A stretch of 51,639 nt of DNA from Candidatus Aminicenantes bacterium (GCA_017883305.1 JADGNU010000002.1:1-51639); one strand, 5' to 3'. Shown: positions 1 to 8,690, counted from the first letter of the stretch. Numbers and translations are program-made. The notes: generated from the letters alone by a model not told the origin.

Positions 1-1008
1 GGCGTAACTCCCGACCGCGGACAGGCCCGGCACCAGGAGGTTCCAGACCGAGGCGCCGAAGCGCCAGGTGTGGTTGACGATGCCGAGGTCGTTCTGCCGG
101 CTCTCCTGGCGGGTCACGGAGAGCCGCAGGCCCCGGACCGGCTTGAGGCTGAACCGGACGCCGTAATAGCTCGAATAGTAGAACCGCTCGATGTCCTGGT
201 TGAACAGCGTCGGGTCCTGGGACGCTTCGATGAGGTAGCGGTGGAAATCGAGCCCCTTGCCGGAACTGTAGCTCGCGGTCACGTCGGCCTTCGGGCCGAG
301 GTCGAGGCGGATGTTCCCGAACAGCCGCGACAGGCGGTTCGTACCGGCGATGTGGCTTCCGAGCTCGTATTCCGCATCGCCGTAGACGACCAAGAATTTC
401 TGCACCGGCAAGAACACGTTCCCGTAGGCGAACCGGCGCTCGACGTGGCCGTCGAACATCAGCTGGCTCAAGGTCAGCCCGGCCGTGCGTCCCTGCGGGC
501 CGAGCCAGCGGACGAACGCGCCGGCTTTGTAGTATTTCAAGTCCAGGCGGGCGATGTACGGCGTCGATTCGAGACCCCCGAAGGCGCCGACGAGGATGTC
601 ACGTCCGAGCTTGAAGCCGGCCATCCCGCCGAGGAGCGCGCCGATCCCCGCCGTGTCGTAGAGGTTCATCTGGCCGAGCGACAGATAGAACTTTGAGCCC
701 GGCTTGTCGAACGTCATCCGGGCGCTGTAGAGGATGAGCTGGTTGGTCGCCTGGCCGCGGATGCCGACCCTGTCCCGGGCATCCAGGTCCAGGGTCCAGC
801 CCTGGCCCGGCGGATTGATCAGCGAGAACTTGACCCGGGCCGAGACCTGATTGAAGAGGGTCCCGTCGGAATAGCGGGAACCGTTCCAATCGAAGTAGAC
901 CGTCCCTCGCTGATAGAAAGAGGATTCCGCGTACTGGGCGGGCAGGCGCGTCCAGGCGAGCAGGAGCCCGGCGGCGACGAGAAGCCCGATTGATACCGCG
1001 CGTCGCAT
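1..1008 (-). CDS. outer-membrane beta-barrel protein; N-terminus complete, C-terminus runs off the window start
   Basis: Absent from the ORF track because no stop lies in the window. I translated the reverse frame by hand from the ATG at 1008 down to nt 1 and found 336 open codons. The product starts MRRAVSIGLLVAAGLLLAWTRLPAQ (signal peptide), followed by alternating aromatic/hydrophobic strand-like segments such as YYSSYYGVRFSLKPVRGLRLSV and RFAYGNVFLPV. The start lies 3 nt after the stop of the upstream cytochrome gene. Confidence 0.6.
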   Translation of the reverse strand, partial: MRRAVSIGLLVAAGLLLAWTRLPAQYAESSFYQRGTVYFDWNGSRYSDGTLFNQVSARVKFSLINPPGQGWTLDLDARDRVGIRGQATNQLILYSARMTFDKPGSKFYLSLGQMNLYDTAGIGALLGGMAGFKLGRDILVGAFGGLESTPYIARLDLKYYKAGAFVRWLGPQGRTAGLTLSQLMFDGHVERRFAYGNVFLPVQKFLVVYGDAEYELGSHIAGTNRLSRLFGNIRLDLGPKADVTASYSSGKGLDFHRYLIEASQDPTLFNQDIERFYYSSYYGVRFSLKPVRGLRLSVTRQESRQNDLGIVNHTWRFGASVWNLLVPGLSAVGSYA

Positions 1009-1011
1009 GGA

Positions 1012-1596
1012 TCAGCCCCTTTCCGCCCGCCGGCCGACGGACCAGCTGTCCTGATCATGGCAGGACATGCAGTGGTCCTCTTGGCCGGGGTGGGGAGAGG
1101 CATGGCAGCCCTTGCAGCCCGGGGCTTTGAGCAGATAGGACCGGCCGAATTTTCTAGGCATGACGTTGGCCGGTGCGTGGCACGTCTCACAGGCCTTGAC
1201 TTTGAGGTGGGCGCCCTGGATGTCGGCCCCGGTCTCGGAATGGTCGAAATCCGACGGATCCAGGTTCAGGAGGTCGGCCTGCCGGCCCTGATGCTCGGCG
1301 TGGCAGACGCCGCAGTCTTCGGCCTTGTCGCGGTGGAAGCCCCGCTGGGCGGCGATGCGTGCGGCGATCTCGGTGTGGCAGGCCAGGCACTTGGCCGGAC
1401 CGATCTTGCCCGGGGCGATGTGGCAGGTCGAGCAATCGCCTTCGCCGGGCTTGGAGGCGTGGGACGCGCTGAGCGGCCCCGGCATGTCCTGGGCGGCGCC
1501 GGAGCTGCCGGCGGCAGGGGAGAGAGCCAGGGCCAAGGTCAGGATAAGGGATAGGCCGAGGCCGGCGAGCGGGACGATCGGAGTCTTGCTTGCCAT
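1012..1596 (-). CDS. periplasmic hexaheme c-type cytochrome (c3/c7-like heme density)
   Basis: It has an N-terminal signal peptide (MASKTPIVPLAGLGLSLILTLALALSPAAG). Six CXXCH motifs (CSTCH, CLACH, CGVCH, CETCH, CKGCH, CMSCH) fall within about 140 mature residues. Confidence 0.85.
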   Translation of the reverse strand: MASKTPIVPLAGLGLSLILTLALALSPAAGSSGAAQDMPGPLSASHASKPGEGDCSTCHIAPGKIGPAKCLACHTEIAARIAAQRGFHRDKAEDCGVCHAEHQGRQADLLNLDPSDFDHSETGADIQGAHLKVKACETCHAPANVMPRKFGRSYLLKAPGCKGCHASPHPGQEDHCMSCHDQDSWSVGRRAERG

Positions 1597-1768
1597 AAAT
1601 TACACTGTGCCTATATATCCTATCTAAATAGTAATAGTAAATCAAATGCGCCCTGCTTTCTGCCCCGGGGCGGGCGGAGATTTCCTCCCAGGCTTCACCT
1701 TTAGGGGTGATTGACGGTTATTGAGGCTAATCCGATGATAGGCCCGAATAAACGCAAGGAGTCGGCCC

Positions 1769-3088
1769 ATGGCCAAGATATTGCTCGTGGATTTTACCCA
1801 AGCGGACAAAGACCGTCTGGTCTCTGAAAAATACGATGTCGACCTGCGGCAGACCGGTTGGATGACCGGGCTCGACAATCCCCTCGACCTGCCGGGCGAC
1901 AGCGAGGTCGTTTTCTACCAGATCGGCGGTGAGACCGCGGCCGGGCGGCCCGAGCTCCATGCCGAGATCCGCGAAACGCTCGCCGAAAGGGTCCGCGAAG
2001 GGATGCGCATCGTCTGCTTCGTCGGTTCCGGCGAGACGTCCCGGCTGACGAACATCGTCGGCCCTGTGGATGGTCTCCAGGTCCTGGAAAGAGCCCGCGC
2101 GGATGCGGTCGTCTTCAACCCGAGGGCCATCTTTCATGTCCCCTTCGAACGGTTCAGATCCCACATCTCCAAGGCCTTCCGCCTCCTGCCCGAGACGTTC
2201 GGGGACGGCGTCTGGGAGAAGGAATCGTCCGTCAACGGCAAGTTCGAAGTCCTGGCCAAGACGACCGACGGCGCTCCCGTGGCCATGTTCGTCCGGAAGG
2301 GCAAGGGCTACCTCCTGCTCCTGCCTTCGTTCGGCTCGAAGAACGTCGACATCGTCGATCTTATCCTCAAGGACAAGGTGCCGTTCACTTCCGAGATCCC
2401 CGCGGAGGCGCCGGCCGGCTGGCTTGAAGGCGACGACTACGTCTTCCCCGAGTTCAAGGCCCTGGTCGCCAAGCGGGACGAGGAGAAGCGGAAATTCGAG
2501 GAGATCCTGGCCGACTACGAACGCCAGATCAAGGTGATGAAGACGGGCGGCCAGGAGGAATTCCATCACCTGCTCGACGGCGAAGGCGCGGCCCTCAAGA
2601 AGGCCGTCGTCAACGCCTTCCGCTACCTCGGCTGGGGCCGGGTGGTAGACGTCGACCAGTACTGGAAGAACACGATCCGGAACAAGGAAGAAGACGCCTG
2701 GGTCATCGACCCCGCCGACATGCCCGTCGAAGCCGGCCTGCGCAAGGGCGAGCTGGTCATCGTCGTCGCCCGCGGCGGCAAGAACTGGGCCGCCGACGAC
2801 GAGTGCGCCCTCCTTCAGAAGTACAAGGGCCGCCGGATGCAGGAGTTCGACAATACCCGGATGAAGGCCGTCCTCGTCGGCAACTATTTCTCCGCGGCCG
2901 AGGCCAAGTCCCGGCCGAACCCCTTCTCGGCCGCCCAGGTCGAGGAGGCCCGGAAAGACGGCAACGGGCTCCTGACGTCGTACGAGCTCTTCCGGGCCAT
3001 CAAGGCCGAGAAAGAGAAACGCATCACCAAGGACGGGATCCGCGACCAGATCAAGCTCAAAACCGGCCTGATCACCTTCGACATCTGA
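1769..3088 (+). CDS. hypothetical protein, 439 aa: N-terminal alpha/beta domain, central coiled coil, C-terminal globular domain
   Basis: The amino-acid composition is protein-like (balanced, K/E-rich), unlike the antisense 496-aa ORF. A GGAG-like RBS (caaggagtcggccc) precedes the ATG. I recognised no family motif with confidence. Confidence 0.7.
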   Translation: MAKILLVDFTQADKDRLVSEKYDVDLRQTGWMTGLDNPLDLPGDSEVVFYQIGGETAAGRPELHAEIRETLAERVREGMRIVCFVGSGETSRLTNIVGPVDGLQVLERARADAVVFNPRAIFHVPFERFRSHISKAFRLLPETFGDGVWEKESSVNGKFEVLAKTTDGAPVAMFVRKGKGYLLLLPSFGSKNVDIVDLILKDKVPFTSEIPAEAPAGWLEGDDYVFPEFKALVAKRDEEKRKFEEILADYERQIKVMKTGGQEEFHHLLDGEGAALKKAVVNAFRYLGWGRVVDVDQYWKNTIRNKEEDAWVIDPADMPVEAGLRKGELVIVVARGGKNWAADDECALLQKYKGRRMQEFDNTRMKAVLVGNYFSAAEAKSRPNPFSAAQVEEARKDGNGLLTSYELFRAIKAEKEKRITKDGIRDQIKLKTGLITFDI

Positions 3089-3140
3089 GCCCCGCGGCTC
3101 CTTGCGTTTTGGCCCCTCGCCGGATAGAATTCCCTTCCTC

Positions 3141-5078
3141 ATGAACCTGACCTGGATCGACTGGGGCATTGTCGCCGCGGTCTTCGCCTTCATCATCGGT
3201 GTCGTCATCCTCAGCAAGCCGCTTATGCGGAGCGTCTCCGACTTCCTGGCCGCCGGCCGGACCGGCGGGCGCTACCTCATCAGCCTGTCCCAGGGCACGG
3301 CCTCGCTCGGGGCCATCACCATCGTCGGCATGCTCGAGATGAACTACATCGCCGGCTTCGCCATGCGCTGGTGGGAGATGGTCATGGCCGTCGTGGTCGT
3401 CGGCATCAGCGTCTCGGGCTGGGTCCTCTATCGGTTCCGCCAGACGCGGGCCCTGACCATGGCTCAGTTCTTCGAGATCCGCTACAGCCGGACCTTCCGC
3501 ATCTTCGCCGGGGCCCTGGCCTTCCTCTCCGGGATCATCAACTTCGGCATCTTCCCGGCGGTGAGCGCCCGCTTCTTCATCTATTTCTGCGGCCTGCCGA
3601 AAACGGTCGATCTCCTCGGCCTCCATCTCTCGACTTTCGCTCTGATCATGATCGTCATCCTTTGGATCCCGCTCTATTTCGTCTTCAGCGGCGGCCAGAT
3701 CGCGGTCATGATCACCGACTTCATCCAGGGCATTTTCGTCAACACCGTCTTCATCGTCATCGTCATCGTCCTGATGCTCAAGATCGATTGGGGCCAGATC
3801 GGCCAGGCCCTGGCTTTGGCGCCGGCCAACGCCTCCCTCGTCAACCCGTTCCACACGGGCAGCACCAAGGATTACAACTTCTGGTACTTCTTCATCGGCA
3901 TGATCGGGGTCATCTACGGCAAGCTGTCGTGGCAGGGGACCCAGGCCTACAACGCATCGGCCAAGAGCGCCCACGAGGCCAAGATGGGCGACGTCCTGGC
4001 CAACTGGCGGGGCATCCCGCAGTGGGGCCTGTTCCTGGTGTTCGTGCCCATCGTCGCCTATACGTTCTGGCACGGCCAGGGGTTCGCGGCGGCGGCCGCT
4101 ACCGTCCGGCCGGTCCTCGACGGCTTGGGGTCGGACGCCCTGCGGAGCCAGCTGACCGTGCCCATCGCCCTGACCAAGCTCCTGCCCGTCGGGCTGATGG
4201 GGGCCTTCGCCGCGGTCATGCTGGCCGCCGCGATCGGCTGCAACGAGACCTATCTCCACTCCTGGGGCAGCATCTTCATCCAGGACGTGATCATGCCCAT
4301 CCGGAAGAAGCCTTTCGCCCCGGAGGAGCACCTGAAGTTCCTCAAGCTCTCGATCCTCGGAGTGGCCGCCTTCAGCTTCGTCTTCAGCCTGCTCTTCCAG
4401 CAGAGCGAGTACATCTTCCTCTTCTTCGCCATCACCGGGGCTATCTTCGCCGGGGGGAGCGGCGCGGTCATCATCGGCGGGCTGTACTGGAAGCGCGGCA
4501 CGACGGCCGCGGCCTGGGCGGCCATGGTCGTCGGCTCGGTCGTCGCCGTCGGCGGCATCGTCGTCAAGCAGCTTGTTCCCGATTTCCCCATCAACGGCCA
4601 GATGTTCTGGGGGCTGGCCATGGCCGCGTCGAGCGTCGTCTATGTCGTCGTCTCGCTCGTCACGGGCCGGCACAAGGCCTTCGACATGGACAAGATGCTC
4701 CACCGCGGGAAGTACCTGATCCGGGAGGAATACACCGTGATCGACGCCGTCCCGGTCAAGGGCTGGAAGGTCCTGGGCATGGGCCGGGAATTCACCGCGT
4801 GGGACAAGGTCATTTATGTGGCGACCTATGCCTGGACGGCGAGCTGGGTCATCGTCTTCGTCGTCGGGACCATCCTCAACCTGACGAGCGAGGTTTCGAC
4901 CGCGGCCTGGCTCGGCTTCTGGAAGACCTACACGATGATCTATCTCGTCGTGTCGATTTTTGTCATCGTCTGGTTCTCGATCGGCGGCGTCATCAATTTG
5001 AAGGAGATGATCGCGACGCTCAAGGTCATGACGCGCGACCACTCCGACCAGGGTTTCGTCGAGCGGGACCGGGGCTGA
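3141..5078 (+). CDS. sodium:solute symporter family (SSF/SLC5-like) transporter
   Basis: The product is a polytopic membrane protein with an SSF-like N-terminus (DWGIVAAVFAFIIGVVI...SDFLAAGRTGGRYL). I chose the start at MNLTWIDW (ATG 3141) rather than the ORF-track 3102. It sits in a cluster with glycoside phosphorylases. Confidence 0.8.
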   Translation: MNLTWIDWGIVAAVFAFIIGVVILSKPLMRSVSDFLAAGRTGGRYLISLSQGTASLGAITIVGMLEMNYIAGFAMRWWEMVMAVVVVGISVSGWVLYRFRQTRALTMAQFFEIRYSRTFRIFAGALAFLSGIINFGIFPAVSARFFIYFCGLPKTVDLLGLHLSTFALIMIVILWIPLYFVFSGGQIAVMITDFIQGIFVNTVFIVIVIVLMLKIDWGQIGQALALAPANASLVNPFHTGSTKDYNFWYFFIGMIGVIYGKLSWQGTQAYNASAKSAHEAKMGDVLANWRGIPQWGLFLVFVPIVAYTFWHGQGFAAAAATVRPVLDGLGSDALRSQLTVPIALTKLLPVGLMGAFAAVMLAAAIGCNETYLHSWGSIFIQDVIMPIRKKPFAPEEHLKFLKLSILGVAAFSFVFSLLFQQSEYIFLFFAITGAIFAGGSGAVIIGGLYWKRGTTAAAWAAMVVGSVVAVGGIVVKQLVPDFPINGQMFWGLAMAASSVVYVVVSLVTGRHKAFDMDKMLHRGKYLIREEYTVIDAVPVKGWKVLGMGREFTAWDKVIYVATYAWTASWVIVFVVGTILNLTSEVSTAAWLGFWKTYTMIYLVVSIFVIVWFSIGGVINLKEMIATLKVMTRDHSDQGFVERDRG

Positions 5079-5082
5079 GGCC

Positions 5083-7473
5083 ATGGCGTTCGGGCGTTTT
5101 TCCGGCGACGGCCGCGAGTTCCTGATTACCGACGTCCGGACCCCGAGCCCGTGGATCAACTACCTCGAGAACGGACGGTATTTTGCCACGATCTCGGCGA
5201 ACGGCGGGGGCATTTCCTACGACCGGAGCCCGCTCCACGGCCGGATCACGCGCTATCGCATCAACGACGTGCCGCCCGACCGGCCGGGGAAATACATCTA
5301 CGTCAAGGACAGGGACAGCGGCGAAGTCTGGAGCCTGACCTGGCAGCCGGTAGGGCGCGAGCCCGCGTCGGCGTATCGCGCTGCCCATGGCTTCGGCACC
5401 ACGAGGGCGGAGGCCGAGGTCGAGGGCATCGCCTCGTCGGTTGTGTTCTTCGTGCCCCTCGAGGACGACCGGGAGATCTGGAAGGCGGTCCTGACGAACC
5501 GGTCGGGGCGGGCGCGGCGGCTGGCCGTCATCGGCTACGTCGAGCTGGCCCTCGGGCACGCCCTGGTCGACCTCATCAATCAGTGCGACGACCAGCACTT
5601 CAACCGGGCCCACTTCGAGAAAGGGCTCGATACCGTGTTCGCCACCAAGACCTACTGGGTGACCGAAACGCGCGGCACGCAGCATCAGGAGAACAAGGAG
5701 TGGGACCGCTGGGCCTTTTTCACGGCCAACCGGCCCGTCGCGGCCTATGAAACCGTTCGCGAGCGGTTCATCGGCCCGTTCCGGAACGAGGCCAACCCGA
5801 TCGCGCTCGAGCGAGGCCTCGAGTCGAAGGACATGGACTGCGGCAACGCCGTCGCCGCCTTGGAGGTCGACCTGGAGATCGGCCCCGGGGAGTCCGCCGA
5901 CGTCATCTTCTCGCTGGGGGTCATCCCCAAGCCGGAGTTCGAGCGGACGAAGGGCGAGATCGTGGGGAAGTATCGCGATACGGGGTCGGTCGACGCGGCC
6001 CTGGGGCGGGTCAGGGACGCGTGGGATCGCTACTTCAGCCACACGAGGGCCGAGACCCCGGACGCCGAGGCCGACGTGTTCTTGAATTACTGGACGCCGT
6101 ACCAGGCGAAAGTCGCCTTCGACGTCGGCCGGGTGGTGAGCTTCTATTACTGGGGCATCGGCCGCGGCTTCGGCTACCGGGACACGGCCCAGGATACGAT
6201 CGCCATCGTCATCGCCGACCCGGCGCGAGCACGGGACAGGGTCGGGCTGCTGGCCCGGCAGATGCGGCGGGACGGCCAGGTCTACCACCATTTCTATGGC
6301 GACGGGCAGGGTGAGTTCACCGAGCACTGCGACGATCCGCTGTGGTTCATCCTGGCGGTGACGGAGTATTTGAAGGAGACGGGCGACTTGGGGCTGCTCG
6401 ATACGAATGAGCCCTTCCTCGACGGAGGAGAGGGGACGATCCTCGAACACCTGATGGCCGTTGTTCGCTTCGCCGGGGCCAACCTCGGGGCGCACGGACT
6501 GCCGAAGTTCGGCCGCGGCGACTGGAACGATACGCTCGACTATATCGGCGGCAAGGACGGCGGCGAGAGCGTCTGGGGCGCGATGTTCTACGCGGCCATG
6601 CTCGTCCGGCTCCTCGAGCTCCTCGATTTCGTCAAGGCGCGCGGACAGGGGGCCGGGGCGCGCGCTCTCCGCGGCCGGTTGGTCGAGGCGCTCGAGAAGC
6701 ACACCTGGGACGGCGATTGGTACATCCGGGCCTTCGGCGAGGCCGGGAAAAAGATCGGCTCGAAGGAGAACAGCGCCGGCCGGATCTTCATCAACACCCA
6801 GAGCTGGGCCGTGATCGCCGGCCTTCCCGACCGGGCCAGGCTCGTCCGGGCCATGGACAGTCTCGGCGAACTCCTCGACACGCCGTTCGGACCGAAGATC
6901 TGCGCCCCGGCCTTCCGGGAGATCGATCCGGCGATCGGCCTGATCACGCGATGCGTCCGGGGCAAGAAAGAGAACGGCGCCGTCTTTTGCCACGCGGCGG
7001 CCTGGGCCATCCTGGCGGAGTGTCTGCTGGGCAGGGGGGAACGGGCCTTCGCCTATTTCAAGAAGATGCTTCCGGGGCGGATCCCGCAGGAGACGTTCTG
7101 CGCCGAGCCTTATGTCTACTCCCAGTACATCACCAGCGACGAGCACGAGACAGCCGGGAAGGCCAGCCATTCCTGGCAGACGGGGACGGCGGCCTGGATG
7201 TATCGGGTCGGCTACGATCACATCCTGGGGCTGCGGCCGTCGTACGAGGGGCTCGTCATCGACCCGGTCATTCCGGCGGCGTGGAAGGGATTCAAGGCCG
7301 AGCGGGTCTTCCGCGGGGCGCGATACTTCGTCGAGGTCGAGAACCCGAACGGCGTCGAGCGCGGCGTCGTGTCGATCCGCGTGGACGGACGGCCGGTCGA
7401 AGGGCCGATCGCGCCGCATCCGGCCGGCGCCGTCTGCCGCGTGTCCGTCAAAATGGGGAAGGCCGCCACCTGA
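5083..7473 (+). CDS. GH94 glycoside phosphorylase (cellobiose/chitobiose-phosphorylase-like)
   Basis: At 796 aa it is the typical GH94 size. The N-terminus FGRFSGDGREFLITDVRTPSPWINYL matches the conserved CBP/ChBP N-terminus (FDD..REYVIT.P.TP.PWINYLG). The catalytic-region motif GRGDWNDTLD is present. Substrate specificity cannot be read from the sequence. Confidence 0.85.
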   Translation: MAFGRFSGDGREFLITDVRTPSPWINYLENGRYFATISANGGGISYDRSPLHGRITRYRINDVPPDRPGKYIYVKDRDSGEVWSLTWQPVGREPASAYRAAHGFGTTRAEAEVEGIASSVVFFVPLEDDREIWKAVLTNRSGRARRLAVIGYVELALGHALVDLINQCDDQHFNRAHFEKGLDTVFATKTYWVTETRGTQHQENKEWDRWAFFTANRPVAAYETVRERFIGPFRNEANPIALERGLESKDMDCGNAVAALEVDLEIGPGESADVIFSLGVIPKPEFERTKGEIVGKYRDTGSVDAALGRVRDAWDRYFSHTRAETPDAEADVFLNYWTPYQAKVAFDVGRVVSFYYWGIGRGFGYRDTAQDTIAIVIADPARARDRVGLLARQMRRDGQVYHHFYGDGQGEFTEHCDDPLWFILAVTEYLKETGDLGLLDTNEPFLDGGEGTILEHLMAVVRFAGANLGAHGLPKFGRGDWNDTLDYIGGKDGGESVWGAMFYAAMLVRLLELLDFVKARGQGAGARALRGRLVEALEKHTWDGDWYIRAFGEAGKKIGSKENSAGRIFINTQSWAVIAGLPDRARLVRAMDSLGELLDTPFGPKICAPAFREIDPAIGLITRCVRGKKENGAVFCHAAAWAILAECLLGRGERAFAYFKKMLPGRIPQETFCAEPYVYSQYITSDEHETAGKASHSWQTGTAAWMYRVGYDHILGLRPSYEGLVIDPVIPAAWKGFKAERVFRGARYFVEVENPNGVERGVVSIRVDGRPVEGPIAPHPAGAVCRVSVKMGKAAT

Positions 7474-7493
7474 ACAGGGAAGGGGGAGGAACT

Positions 7494-8462
7494 ATGCGTC
7501 GAGATCCGGCGAATCCGATTCTGACTCGGGCCGACGTGCCCGACATCCCGCCTTTGCTCACGGACGTGACGTCGGTGTTCAATCCCGGCGCCGTGAAGGC
7601 CGGCGGGATCACCTACCTGATGCTCCGCGTCCAGGCCCGGTCGCGCGAAACATTCATGGTCATGGCCGAAAGCGCCGATGGCTTCCGCTTCGTCGTCCGG
7701 CCTGAGATCGTGAAGTTCTCGGGGATCGAGAGCGTCAAGGACAGGATCTATCACGTCTACGACGCCAGGATCACCCGGCTTGACGGGGCGCACTACGTCA
7801 TGTTCGCCATGGACATGGACAGCGGCTGCCAGCTGGGATTGGCCCGAACCGAGGATTTCCGGGATTTCCGCTTCCTCGGCGTCACGTCGACCGACGACGT
7901 GCGCAACGGCGTCCTCTTTCCGGAGAAGATCGGGGGGCAGTATCTCAGGCTGGAGCGGCCCAACAAGGCCAAGCTCGACGGCGGCCCCACGACGGGGAGC
8001 GAGATCTGGCTGGCCGGGTCGGACGACCTCATCCGCTGGCGGAGGATCGGGCCGGTCATGGGCGGGCGATTCCACTATTGGGACGAGTACATCGGTTCCG
8101 GGCCGCCGCCGGTGAAGACGCGCCAGGGGTGGCTCCATGTCTATCACGGGGTGGCGACGCATTTCGGCAGCGCCAATATTTACCAGGCCGGGGTCGTGCT
8201 GCTCGACCTCCACGACCCGACCAAGGTCCTGGGGCGGTCGCGGGGGAATATCCTCGAGCCGCGGGAACCGTACGAGCTTTGCGGCCAGGTCCCGAACGTC
8301 GTCTTTCCGTCGGGAATGGTCGTCGAGGAGTTCGATGCGGAGGAATTCGCGCTGCCGTCGAGCCCGGTCCGGGTCTATTATGGCGCGGCCGATACGGCCG
8401 TGGGCCTGGCCGTGACGACCCTCGGCGAGCTCCTGGCCGCGGCCTCCGAACCCCCGCTCTGA
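7494..8462 (+). CDS. GH130 family glycoside phosphorylase (beta-mannoside-phosphorylase-like, short about 320-aa type)
   Basis: The ATG at 7494 is preceded by gggggagga. The product shows GH130/DUF377-like features: RDPANPILT...VFNPGAV...YLMLRV, VLFPEKIGGQYLRLERP, WLHVYHGV and VYYGAADT. Confidence 0.8.
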   Translation: MRRDPANPILTRADVPDIPPLLTDVTSVFNPGAVKAGGITYLMLRVQARSRETFMVMAESADGFRFVVRPEIVKFSGIESVKDRIYHVYDARITRLDGAHYVMFAMDMDSGCQLGLARTEDFRDFRFLGVTSTDDVRNGVLFPEKIGGQYLRLERPNKAKLDGGPTTGSEIWLAGSDDLIRWRRIGPVMGGRFHYWDEYIGSGPPPVKTRQGWLHVYHGVATHFGSANIYQAGVVLLDLHDPTKVLGRSRGNILEPREPYELCGQVPNVVFPSGMVVEEFDAEEFALPSSPVRVYYGAADTAVGLAVTTLGELLAAASEPPL

Positions 8463-8673
8463 GAAGGGGTCAAACCTACGGCGGGGAGCGGATTCTGAGG
8501 AGCGGACCTCAGAATCATGGCTGAGTGCTCGAAGCCATGATTCTGATAGATATCTTAAAAAAGGGATTTTCCCACTAAGATATTTCCCAGCGCCGCTCCT
8601 CCAGGTCATTCCGGAGCGGTGCTGATGGTCGCTTCCAATAGTCCGCTCCCTGCCGTAGGTTTGACCCCTTCTT
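8462..8673. repeat. palindromic element copy 1 (about 211 bp) with about 30-bp terminal inverted arms GAAGGGGTCAAACCTACGGC(G/A)GGGAGCGGA
   Basis: The left arm at 8463-8492 is the reverse complement of 8642-8671 with one mismatch. The interior holds nested hairpins: 8491-8516, 8509-8546 (14-bp perfect stem) and 8550-8583. The element starts directly after the GH130 stop codon. Confidence 0.85.
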
Positions 8674-8690
8674 CCTTATATGCTAAAAAT
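8661..8690 (+). promoter_or_regulatory. possible sigma70-type promoter built partly from the repeat arm (TTGACC-17-TAAAAA)
   Basis: TTGACC at 8661-8666 lies inside the right arm of repeat copy 1. A 17-nt spacer follows, then TAAAAA(T) at 8684-8690. This is about 30 nt upstream of the ATG at 8721. Confidence 0.3.

Noticed and set aside
1597-1768. Promoters in the AT-rich divergent region between the cytochrome gene and the orphan gene (TTGACG-17-GATGAT on the plus strand; TTTACT-18-TATATA on the minus strand), and the ATAGTA tandem hexamer.
   Set aside because: The hexamer matches are mediocre and several alternatives fit equally well. The cytochrome gene would be left with a leader of about 15 nt and no RBS. 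This is too ambiguous to list as features.
2500-3088. An active PD-(D/E)xK nuclease domain in the orphan 439-aa protein.
   Set aside because: The strand pattern is suggestive, but the expected E-x-K catalytic residues are not present (VVARGG). I kept this only as a weak structural hypothesis, not a call.
1727-7419. Very long antisense ORFs mirror real genes (1727..3217, 496 aa; 3072..5159, 695 aa; 5026..7419, 797 aa). Similar ones lie elsewhere in the window: 8676..9761, 11772..13694, 14430..15536, 20921..22222, 33286..35169, 35641..36852, 38303..39850, 45925..47430.
   Set aside because: Their translations are dominated by R/G/D/E/P/A/H runs with no motifs. Each lies opposite a gene with clear family signatures. 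In DNA of about 65% GC, stop codons are depleted on the antisense strand, so these are expected artefacts.
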